Part shown: positions 56,380-64,000 of the stretch, one piece after another | How positions within the stretch are numbered: the first letter of the stretch is position 1 | Layout: each line of letters begins with the position of its first letter | NCBI GenBank assembly: GCA_020845935.1 | Contig: JADLEV010000048.1 | Coordinates: 24,620 to 88,619, forward strand | Direction: 5' to 3' | DNA: 64,000 bases | DNA from: Gammaproteobacteria bacterium | Lineage (GTDB): Bacteria; Pseudomonadota; Gammaproteobacteria; Ga0077536 | Position numbers and translations under genes: made by a program | Notes under the pieces: model-generated | What the model saw: only the letters and a program-made list of their open reading frames with translations | Database searches by the model: none | What the model was told of the DNA's origin: nothing

Positions 56380-56619
56380 CGGCACGCCAGGGATGGCGTG
56401 CACAGCGGCAGCCTGTTGCCGAAAGGAGTCTGGTGATGGGGGAAGGCACGGGCCGGTGCGGACCTTGCCTGGACGAACCCACACCCCAACCCGCGGAGAC
56501 TATTTCGACCGGCTGCCCGGCAGGCGCGCCAATGCCTGCCGTTTCGCCCGGCTCGGACCAGCGCCGGACCAGGCGGGTCCGCAAGAGCCCAGGACGGGCT
56601 CCTGCGGACGTTTTTTTTT
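56380..56619 (+). ncRNA. candidate structured sRNA or 3'UTR element, GGA-rich (function unknown)
   Basis: No credible ORF. Ten GGA motifs, several in predicted loops. It begins with hairpin GCACGCC-AGGGAU-GGCGUGC (56382-56401) and ends in the strong terminator at 56577-56619. The 5' end is not defined. Confidence 0.35.
56577..56619 (+). terminator. strong Rho-independent terminator
   Basis: GTCCGCAAGAGCC-C-AGGAC-G-GGCTCCTGCGGAC (13-14 bp, 1 mismatch), then G and nine consecutive T (56611-56619). It lies 205 nt after the comEA stop and 130 nt before the leuS ATG. Confidence 0.8.
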
Positions 56620-56749
56620 CCTGGCTCGCTGCCACGCCAGCCGGGCGAACCCGCGGCCACCCCTGCGAGCGACGCCGACCCGTAGCGGCTGATCCTTTCG
56701 CGCGGCCGGTTACGGTATGCTGCCGCCTTTCGTTTTCCCGGCGCGATTC

Positions 56750-59404
56750 ATGTCTTCCGACCACTCCCATTCCGGCGCTCATCCCGGCCAGCCGCACGCC
56801 TCCGGCCACCCCATAGCCGAACGCTACGACCCACAGCAGATCGAGCAGGCGGTACAGCGGCGCTGGTCGAACCAGCGGGTCTTCGAGGTGACCGAGGATC
56901 CGGCGCGCGAGAAGTTCTACTGCCTGTCGATGTTTCCGTATCCGAGCGGCCGGCTGCACATGGGCCATGTGCGCAACTACACCATCGGCGACGTCATCTC
57001 CCGTTATCAGCGCATGCTCGGCAAGAACGTGCTGCAGCCGATGGGCTGGGATGCGTTCGGCCTGCCGGCCGAGAACGCGGCGATCGACAACAAGGTCGCG
57101 CCGTCGGCCTGGACCCGCTCGAACATTGCCTACATGCGCGAGCAGCTCAAGCGCCTCGGTTTCGGCTACGACTGGTCGCGGGAACTGGCGACCTGCGACG
57201 TCGACTATTATCGCTGGGAGCAGTGGCTCTTCACGCGGCTGCTCGACCAGGGGCTGGTCTACCGCAAGCTCGCCACCGTGAACTGGGATCCGATCGATCA
57301 GACCGTGCTCGCCAACGAACAGGTGATCGATGGCCGCGGCTGGCGTTCCGGCGCGCCGGTCGAGCGTCGCGACATTCCGCAGTGGTTCGCGCGGATCACC
57401 CAATACGCCGAGGAACTGCTCGCCGACCTCGACACGCTGGACGGCTGGCCGGAAGCGGTCAAGACGATGCAGCGCAATTGGATCGGCCGCTCCGAGGGCG
57501 TACAGATCCGGTTCGACGTCATCGGTCAGGAGCGGCCGCTCGAAATCTTCACGACCCGGCCGGACACCCTGTTCGGCGTGACCTATCTCGCGGTCGCGGC
57601 GGAACATCCGCTCGCGCTCGAGGCCGCGGCACGTGATGCGGCGATCGCCCGTTTCTGCGACGAATGCCGCCACGGCTCGGTCGCCGAAGCCTTCGTCGAA
57701 ACGCTGGAAAAGCGCGGCTGCCCGCTCGGCCTCGCGGCGCGGCATCCGCTGACCGGCGCCGCAGTGCCGATCTGGGTCGCCAACTTCGTGCTGCTGAGCT
57801 ACGGCACCGGCGCCGTGATGGCGGTGCCGGCGCACGATCAGCGCGACTACGAATTTGCCCGCGCCCACGATCTGCCGATCCGGCAGGTCATCGTGCCGGC
57901 GGCCGATGCCACGACGGTACCGGCCGACGCGGCGTTCGTCGAACCGGGCGTATTGATCGAATCCGGCGAGTTCAGCGGCCTCGACTCGGCGGCCGCGGGC
58001 AAAGCCATCGCGGCCAAGCTCGCCGCGCTCGGCAGCGGCGAAATCCGCGTGCAATACCGCTTGCGCGACTGGCTGATCTCGCGCCAGCGCTATTGGGGCT
58101 GCCCGATCCCGGTGCTGTACGGGCAAGATGGCGAGCCGCAAGCGGAAGCCGCGAGCCGCCTGCCGGTGGTGTTGCCGGAGAACGTCCCCATCGACGGCGA
58201 AGGCTCGCCGCTGGCGCGGCTGTCGTCGTTCACCACGGCGACGCTGCCGGACGGCAGGACGCCGGCACGCCGCGAGACCGACACCTTCGATACCTTTGTC
58301 GAATCGTCGTGGTATGCGCAGCGCTATTGCTGCCCGGACAGCGGGAGCGCGATGCTCGATGAGCGGGTCAACTACTGGTTCCCGGTCGATCAGTACATTG
58401 GCGGCATCGAGCATGCGGTGCTGCATCTGCTGTACGCGCGCTTCTTCCACAAGCTGCTGCGCGATGTCGGCCTGGTCCGCGGCGGTGAGCCGTTCCGCAA
58501 TCTGCTGACGCAGGGCATGGTCTGCGCCGAGACCTATTTCCGCAAGGATTCGAGCGGCAAGCGCACGTTCTATGCGCCGGGCGCGGTGCGCAAGGACTAT
58601 GACGCCAAGGGTCGCGTCATCGCCGCGACGTTGCTCGCCGACGGCCAGCCGGTCGAGGTCGGGCCGATCGAGAAGATGTCGAAATCGAAGAACAATGGCG
58701 TCGATCCGCAGGCGCTGATCGAGCGCTACGGGGCCGACACGGTACGGCTGTACATGATGGCCGCGGCGCCACCGGAGCAGCGGCTCGAATGGTCGGATGC
58801 CGGGGTCGAAGGCTCGTTCCGCTTCCTCAAGCGATTGTGGCGCTTCGCCCACGAACATCTCGCCGCAGGGCCGGTACCGGCCGGCGCGGGCCACGCGTTC
58901 GACGGTGCCGCCGCCGCGGTGCGCCGGCAGTTGCACGAAACCATCGCCAAGGTCAGCGACGACATTGGCCGCCGCCACAAATTCAACACGGCGATCGCCG
59001 CGCTGATGGAGCTGTTCAATGCGGCCTCCGCGCTCGAGGGCGATGCGCCGGCGATCCGGCGGGTGCGCCACGAGGTGCTGGAAACGATGTGTCTGCTGCT
59101 CGCGCCGATCGTGCCGCACATGACCGAAGTGCTGTGGACCGCGCTCGGCCACGACGATCAGCCGCTGACCGAGGCGCACTGGCCGGAAGCCGACCCGGCG
59201 GCGATGCAACGTGACACGATCGAACTGGTGGTCCAGGTCAACGGCAGGAAGCGCGCGTCGATCACGGTGCCGGCCGATGCCGATGAACCCGCAATAGAAG
59301 CTGCCGCGCTCACCGATGACAACGTTCGTCGCCATCTGGCCGCGGTCACGGTGCGCAAGGTCGTGATCGTGCCGCGGCGCCTGGTCAACATCGTCGTCGC
59401 ATGA
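56750..59404 (+). CDS. leuS: leucine--tRNA ligase
   Basis: HIGH-type motif GRLHMGHVRNY and KMSKS (EKMSKSKNN). The ATG at 56750 is preferred over the track's 56717. There is a His/Gly/Pro-rich ~20-aa N-terminal extension. Confidence 0.93.
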   Translation: MSSDHSHSGAHPGQPHASGHPIAERYDPQQIEQAVQRRWSNQRVFEVTEDPAREKFYCLSMFPYPSGRLHMGHVRNYTIGDVISRYQRMLGKNVLQPMGWDAFGLPAENAAIDNKVAPSAWTRSNIAYMREQLKRLGFGYDWSRELATCDVDYYRWEQWLFTRLLDQGLVYRKLATVNWDPIDQTVLANEQVIDGRGWRSGAPVERRDIPQWFARITQYAEELLADLDTLDGWPEAVKTMQRNWIGRSEGVQIRFDVIGQERPLEIFTTRPDTLFGVTYLAVAAEHPLALEAAARDAAIARFCDECRHGSVAEAFVETLEKRGCPLGLAARHPLTGAAVPIWVANFVLLSYGTGAVMAVPAHDQRDYEFARAHDLPIRQVIVPAADATTVPADAAFVEPGVLIESGEFSGLDSAAAGKAIAAKLAALGSGEIRVQYRLRDWLISRQRYWGCPIPVLYGQDGEPQAEAASRLPVVLPENVPIDGEGSPLARLSSFTTATLPDGRTPARRETDTFDTFVESSWYAQRYCCPDSGSAMLDERVNYWFPVDQYIGGIEHAVLHLLYARFFHKLLRDVGLVRGGEPFRNLLTQGMVCAETYFRKDSSGKRTFYAPGAVRKDYDAKGRVIAATLLADGQPVEVGPIEKMSKSKNNGVDPQALIERYGADTVRLYMMAAAPPEQRLEWSDAGVEGSFRFLKRLWRFAHEHLAAGPVPAGAGHAFDGAAAAVRRQLHETIAKVSDDIGRRHKFNTAIAALMELFNAASALEGDAPAIRRVRHEVLETMCLLLAPIVPHMTEVLWTALGHDDQPLTEAHWPEADPAAMQRDTIELVVQVNGRKRASITVPADADEPAIEAAALTDDNVRRHLAAVTVRKVVIVPRRLVNIVVA

Positions 59405-59943
59405 AACGCCGCCTGTTCATCACCGCGCTCGGCGCCATGACCCAGGGCCTGATCGGTTGCGGCGGCTGGCATCTGCGCGGCAGTCAGGTCAAGGCGCTCG
59501 GCATCGAGCGGGTCCGCCTCAGCGCCGCCGGCGCGCCGATGGTCGAAGCGCGACTGCGCGAACTGCTGGGATTCGGCGACGTCGCGATCGTCAGCGGCAC
59601 GACGCCGGCCGACGTCACCATCGCCATCAGCGACGAGGCCTTCGCGACGCGGGTGTTGTCGATCGATCCGCAGACCGGCAAGGTCCGCGAAGTCGAGATC
59701 GGCATGCAGCTCTCCTATGAACTGCTCGATGCAGGCGGCCAGGTCGCGGTGCCGCGACAGACCCAGCAGTGGGTCCGCGAATATGTCTACGACGAATCCT
59801 CGGTGCTCGGCACCACCGAACAGGAAGGACTGCTGCGACGCAACCTGGTGGAAGATGCCGCGGCACTGATCCTGCTGCGCCTGCAAACGCTGCAACCGCA
59901 GAACCGCAAGCCCGACCTGCCCGAGACACCGCCCGCCGGCTGA
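59401..59943 (+). CDS. lptE: LPS-assembly lipoprotein LptE
   Basis: Lipobox GLIGCGG. ATGA overlap with leuS. Conserved leuS-lptE-holA order. Confidence 0.85.
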   Translation: MKRRLFITALGAMTQGLIGCGGWHLRGSQVKALGIERVRLSAAGAPMVEARLRELLGFGDVAIVSGTTPADVTIAISDEAFATRVLSIDPQTGKVREVEIGMQLSYELLDAGGQVAVPRQTQQWVREYVYDESSVLGTTEQEGLLRRNLVEDAAALILLRLQTLQPQNRKPDLPETPPAG

Positions 59944-59967
59944 CGGCGCGAGACCCCGCGACCGCCG

Positions 59968-60999
59968 ATGCGACTTCGCCCGGAGCAACTACCAGCACAC
60001 CTGCAACGCCGCGGCCTGCCGGCGATCTGCCTCATCGGCGGCGAGGAACCATTGCAGCGCGGCGAATGCGCCGATGCCGTGCGGCGCGCGGCGCGCGCCG
60101 CTGGCGCCGAGGAGCGACTGAGTTATGACGCCGCCGGCAAGATCGATTGGCAGGTGCTCGCGCAGTCCTGCGCCTCGCTGTCGCTGTTCGCCAGCCGGCG
60201 TCTGATAGAAATCGATCTGCATGAATGCCGGGTTGGCCAGGAGGGTGGTGCATTCATCGGCGCGCTCGCCGAACAACCGGCCGGCGACGACTTCTACCTG
60301 CTGCTTGCCGAGAAGCCGGAACGTGCGGTGCAGGAAAGCAAATGGTTCCGCGCCATCGAACAACGCGGCGTCGTGGTTCTCGCGCAGCAGATACCGCCGC
60401 CGCAACTGCCCGGTTGGATCGCGCAACGGCTTGCCGCGCGCGACCGTTGCATCACCGCCGCCGCCGCCGAACTCATCGCCGATCGCGTCGAAGGCAACCT
60501 GCTCGCCGCGGCCCAGGAGGTCGAGAAGCTGCTGTTGCTCAGCGCCGCTCCGGAGATCGACGAAGCCGAAGTCGCCGCGGCAGTCCTGGACAGCGCGCGC
60601 TATGACATGTACGCGACCGTCGATCAGGCGCTGGCAGGCGACCCCGTCCGCACCATCCGCATGGTGCGCGGCCTGCGCGGCGAAGGCCTGGATCCGTTAT
60701 TGCTGTCCTGGCTGATCAACCGCGAGCTGCGCACACTTGCCGCGATGCGCGTCGCGCTCGACGCGGGCCTGTCGCTGGCCGACACGCTCGCGAAACACAA
60801 GGTCTGGAGCACGCGCAAGGCCGCGAGCACGGCCGCTTTGAAACGTCACGATGCAGCGACCTGCATCCATCTGCTGCGCGCCAGCTATCGCCTCGACCGG
60901 ATCGTCAAGGGTGTGGAGGTCGGCGACGCCTGGGACCTGATGGAATGGATGCTGCTGGAGGTCGCAGTACCCGCGGCGAAGATCCCGCAACCGGCGTAG
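59968..60999 (+). CDS. holA: DNA polymerase III subunit delta
   Basis: 343 aa. The start LRPEQLPAHLQRRGLPAICLIGGEEPL and the AAQEVEKLLLL region are typical. Position after lptE. Confidence 0.88.
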   Translation: MRLRPEQLPAHLQRRGLPAICLIGGEEPLQRGECADAVRRAARAAGAEERLSYDAAGKIDWQVLAQSCASLSLFASRRLIEIDLHECRVGQEGGAFIGALAEQPAGDDFYLLLAEKPERAVQESKWFRAIEQRGVVVLAQQIPPPQLPGWIAQRLAARDRCITAAAAELIADRVEGNLLAAAQEVEKLLLLSAAPEIDEAEVAAAVLDSARYDMYATVDQALAGDPVRTIRMVRGLRGEGLDPLLLSWLINRELRTLAAMRVALDAGLSLADTLAKHKVWSTRKAASTAALKRHDAATCIHLLRASYRLDRIVKGVEVGDAWDLMEWMLLEVAVPAAKIPQPA

Positions 61000-61381
61000 A
61001 TTGCCCGGGCGGAAGGTTCCAGACCGTCACTTGCGCCGCGCGACCACGCTTCGGTCCTCGATGGGATCGACACCGGCCGGTACCGCGTCGAGAAACGAGC
61101 GGCAAGGAAGATCGCGCTGGCGGACGAGGATGCCGCGATCGAAAACGGGTCGTGCAAGCGCTTCTTCGGCGACAGGGTGTACGCGATCACGAGTCCCTGA
61201 CGAGCCATGAGCGACCCACCCGCATTCTGGTTTCCGGTCAAGCGCTACGGCTGGGGCCGGGGTCTGCCGGTGCGACGGCAGGGCTGGGTGGTCTTGATCT
61301 CATGCCGGGCGCTCGACAAGGCACGGCGGCGGTTTCGAGAGTAGGCTTAGCGGGACCGCACAGAGCGGGGAGGAGAAAGCC

Positions 61382-62071
61382 ATGAAGAGATACCTGGCGG
61401 AATTCGTCGGAACATTCTGGTTGGTTCTTGGCGGTTGTGGCAGCGCGGTACTCGCCGCGGCGTTTCCGGAACTCGGCATCGGTTTGTTGGGCGTGTCGCT
61501 GGCGTTCGGCCTGACCGTGCTGACGATGGCCTTCGCCATCGGCCACATTTCGGGTTGCCACCTGAATCCGGCCGTCTCCGTCGGCCTCTGGGCCGGTGGC
61601 CGGTTTCCGGCCAAGGACCTGCTGCCGTACCTCGTCGCGCAGGTGCTGGGCGGCATCGTCGCTGGCGGTGTGCTGTACCTCATCGCCACCGGCAAGACCG
61701 GCTTCGATGTCGCTGGCGGCTTTGCTTCGAACGGTTATGGCGCGCACTCGCCCGGTGGTTACACGCTGCTGGCGGCGCTGCTCACCGAAATCGTGATGAC
61801 GATGATGTTTCTCGTCATCATCATGGGCGCGACCGACCGCCGGGCGCCCGCCGGCCTCGCACCGATCGCCATCGGCCTCGGCCTGACGCTGATCCACCTC
61901 ATCAGCATTCCGGTCACCAACACGTCGGTCAATCCGGCGCGCAGCACCGGCGTTGCGCTGTATGTCGGGGACTGGGCACTGGCGCAGCTGTGGCTGTTCT
62001 GGGTCGCGCCCATCGTTGGCGCCGTGCTTGGCGCCGTCGGCTATCGGTTCCTCGGCGAGCCGGAGGAATGA
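61382..62071 (+). CDS. aqpZ: aquaporin Z
   Basis: Two NPA boxes ([13 protein letters not shown]). The [15 protein letters not shown] start is typical. 229 aa. Confidence 0.93.
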   Translation: MKRYLAEFVGTFWLVLGGCGSAVLAAAFPELGIGLLGVSLAFGLTVLTMAFAIGHISGCHLNPAVSVGLWAGGRFPAKDLLPYLVAQVLGGIVAGGVLYLIATGKTGFDVAGGFASNGYGAHSPGGYTLLAALLTEIVMTMMFLVIIMGATDRRAPAGLAPIAIGLGLTLIHLISIPVTNTSVNPARSTGVALYVGDWALAQLWLFWVAPIVGAVLGAVGYRFLGEPEE

Positions 62072-62215
62072 CGAAACCGCTGCCCGGGTGCGGCACGCTC
62101 GATTCACACTTGACCCTTCGCACCCAGGCATGGTCCCATTGCCGCGCGTATTTCCGAACCTCTGTTTTGTTTCGCCAACACGCTCATAACACTCGACCTT
62201 AAGGGGGGGAGATCA

Positions 62216-64000
62216 ATGTCATTCCTTGGTAACAGCAAATCATGCTCGCGCCGGTTCCGGCGCCGCGCCAATCCGGCCGTAGCGCTAGGCACCGCGATCG
62301 CAGCGGTCCTTGGCGTGCCGGCCCAGGCACAGGATCAGGATCAGAAGCAAGTCGAGGAAATCGTGGTCACGGGATCCCGCATCGTGCGGCGTGACCTGGA
62401 ATCCAACAGTCCGATCGTCACCGTCGACACCGAGGCCTTCGAAAGCCAGACCGGCCTCAATATCGAGTCCTACGTCAATCAGTTGCCCGAATTCAATCCG
62501 GCGACGACGCCGGTCACCGCCCAGGCGGACGTGCAGATCACGCCGGTCAACTCGGTCGGCATCTCGTCGATCTCGCAACGCGGCTTCGGCCCGAACCGCA
62601 GCCTGGTGCTGGTCGACGGCAAGCGACCGGTGCCGACCAACGCGTTGATGGTGACCGACATCAACGGCATCCCGTCGGCATTGATCGAGCGTGTCGAAAT
62701 CATCACCGGCGGCGCCTCGGCCGTGTATGGTGCCGACGCCATCGGTGGCGTCACCAACTTCATCATGCGGCACGATTTCGAGGGCTTCGAAATCGACATG
62801 CAATATGGCGCCAGCGAGGCAGGTGACGGCGACGAAGCGCGCGTCTACGCCGTACTCGGCACGAACTTCGCCGATGGCCGCGGCAACGTCACCGTCGGTG
62901 CCGAGCATTACGATCGCAAGGCCGCCCGCGAGCGGCGCCGCGATTTCTACACCGACGCCTGGGAAGATCCGAACGCTGCGGGTGATTTCCGCCTGTATGG
63001 CATCAGCAGCGGCTTCTGCTTTTCGGCCTGCCCCAATGCGACGACGGTTAACGCCGTGTTCGCCAATCGCCCAGCCGGGACCAACGTGTTCGGGCCCGGT
63101 CCGAATTCGCAGCGCAATTTCAACTTCAATGCGGACGGCTCGGTCTGGGTCAACAGCGGCGGCGGCTTCTACAAGTACAACGGCGCGGTCGACGGCCACG
63201 AATATGCGCTGCAATCGGTCTATGACGGCACCCGGCCGAATCAGGGGTTCACGGTCAACCAGTTGAAGTACAACTTCCTGGATGCCTATGCGAGCGGGCC
63301 ACAGAAGCGCTACTCGTTCTTCGCCGACGGCACGTTCAATCTGACCGATTCGGTCCGATTCTTCGGCCGCGCGCGCTGGGCCGAGAGCAAGACTCGCACG
63401 CTGCTGTTCGGCACCAGCGCGGTCTATGGCTGGGAGGCGCAGGTCCCCTACAACCGGACCGTCGACAGCCCGGTCGATCCGACGCTGAACTACACCAATG
63501 CCAGCGTGGTCGCCGCGGTACTGGCGAATCCGGCGGCCTATGCCAACCCGAGTTACATCCCGACCGGCGCCGCCGGCGCCCAGCATCCGGTGCCGCTGGA
63601 ATGGGCCATCCTGTTGAACAGCAATGCGGCGATTACGAGCTGGGTGCCGCAGTGGACGCCGAACAACTCGTTCCCGCCGCGCAATACCTACAACACCAAC
63701 TCGAGCTGGCAGATCGAAACGGGTGTCGATATCGACCTGCCGATCCGCGACTGGACCGCCGAATTCTATCTGTCACACGGGGAATCGAGCACCTACAACC
63801 TGAACACCGGCAACATGTCGCTGTCGCGCTGGCGCGCTTTGGTCCAGCAACCGGACTACGGCCGCAACGCCATGATTTCCGGCAACGCCGACAGCCTGCG
63901 CCAGTATTTCGGCGGCGGCGACGTCACTTGCGCCACCGGCTTCTATGACACGATTTTCGGTGGCGACCAGAACCTGTCGCAGGATTGCGTCGATGCCGTC
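62216..64000 (+). CDS. TonB-dependent receptor, N-terminal 595 codons (3' end outside window)
   Basis: Absent from the ORF track because no stop is reached. AAGGGGGGGA SD then the ATG at 62216. Signal peptide ..VPAQAQ, plug start EEIVVTGSRI, and ERVEIITGGASAVYGADAIGGVTNFI. I read the frame as open to base 64000. The 433-aa minus ORF 62285..63586 is its antisense shadow. Confidence 0.85.
   Translation, partial: MSFLGNSKSCSRRFRRRANPAVALGTAIAAVLGVPAQAQDQDQKQVEEIVVTGSRIVRRDLESNSPIVTVDTEAFESQTGLNIESYVNQLPEFNPATTPVTAQADVQITPVNSVGISSISQRGFGPNRSLVLVDGKRPVPTNALMVTDINGIPSALIERVEIITGGASAVYGADAIGGVTNFIMRHDFEGFEIDMQYGASEAGDGDEARVYAVLGTNFADGRGNVTVGAEHYDRKAARERRRDFYTDAWEDPNAAGDFRLYGISSGFCFSACPNATTVNAVFANRPAGTNVFGPGPNSQRNFNFNADGSVWVNSGGGFYKYNGAVDGHEYALQSVYDGTRPNQGFTVNQLKYNFLDAYASGPQKRYSFFADGTFNLTDSVRFFGRARWAESKTRTLLFGTSAVYGWEAQVPYNRTVDSPVDPTLNYTNASVVAAVLANPAAYANPSYIPTGAAGAQHPVPLEWAILLNSNAAITSWVPQWTPNNSFPPRNTYNTNSSWQIETGVDIDLPIRDWTAEFYLSHGESSTYNLNTGNMSLSRWRALVQQPDYGRNAMISGNADSLRQYFGGGDVTCATGFYDTIFGGDQNLSQDCVDAV

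Noticed and set aside
56373-56620. Cobalamin riboswitch, T-box, 6S, SRP or tmRNA identity for the comEA-leuS spacer
   Set aside because: I could not find the B12 box or GGGAA-core order, the T-box specifier and T-box sequence, or the conserved SRP, tmRNA or RNase P cores. The downstream gene (leuS) also does not fit B12 control. It is left as an unclassified candidate.
56075-59335. 1086-aa minus-strand ORF
   Set aside because: It is antisense to leuS (HIGH and KMSKS are on the plus strand). The composition is low-complexity and Arg/Gly/Ala-rich, so it is a shadow ORF.
60885-61241. 118-aa minus ORF in the holA-aqpZ spacer
   Set aside because: It overlaps the holA 3' end, has Ser/Ala-rich low complexity, and shows no start context or homology.
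61207-61344. 45-codon ORF MSDPPAFWFPVKRYGWGRGLPVRRQGWVVL... upstream of aqpZ
   Set aside because: The N-terminus resembles a small-membrane-protein family I vaguely recall (FWFP.KRYGWGWGLP..WQGW). Here it terminates before any TM helix. It may be a remnant, but the evidence is too thin to annotate.
62285-63586. 433-aa minus-strand ORF, the only long track ORF in the last 1.8 kb
   Set aside because: The plus frame starting at 62216 encodes an obvious TonB-dependent receptor plug and barrel. That frame is missing from the track only because it has no in-window stop. The minus ORF is its shadow.

Overview
High-GC (about two-thirds G+C by eye) gammaproteobacterial chromosome segment, mostly core genome. 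I support about 55 protein genes. From left to right: an ABC exporter pair; DUF1631; a decayed amidohydrolase remnant; a nucleoside-recognition membrane protein; an HD-domain/YjbQ operon divergent from MoxR-DUF58-transglutaminase; an MsbA-like exporter; phosphoribulokinase; a TARG1-like macrodomain; an orphan ParA-like ATPase; ilvBN with a Val-rich leader and attenuator; hemCDXY; gshB with a TonB-like gene and a NUDIX gene; the conserved ndk-rlmN-pilW-rodZ-hisS-yfgM-bamB-der block (ispG absent); an acetoacetate-decarboxylase-family gene; a gap-free module of exported PEGA-like protein, PP2C, membrane Ser/Thr kinase and CPA2 antiporter; ppk; a phosphate supercluster (pstSCAB-phoU, phoBR, Pho-box porin); comEA; leuS-lptE-holA; aqpZ; and a TonB-dependent receptor running off the 3' end. 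The receptor (62216..64000) and the 5'-truncated first gene are not fully represented in the ORF track. I found no rRNA, tRNA, CRISPR array, IS, integrase or prophage genes. Many long track ORFs are antisense artefacts of GC3-rich coding. Signals not explained by genes: (1) a GGA-studded, terminator-capped RNA candidate between comEA and leuS; (2) a dispersed 65-120 bp intergenic repeat family with a 14-bp-stem hairpin (3 good copies, 2 weaker); (3) three Pho boxes with the same spacing to -10-like hexamers; (4) direct repeats in the HD/moxR divergent region. Coordinates of non-coding elements were read by eye against ORF-track anchors and may be off by 1-2 nt.
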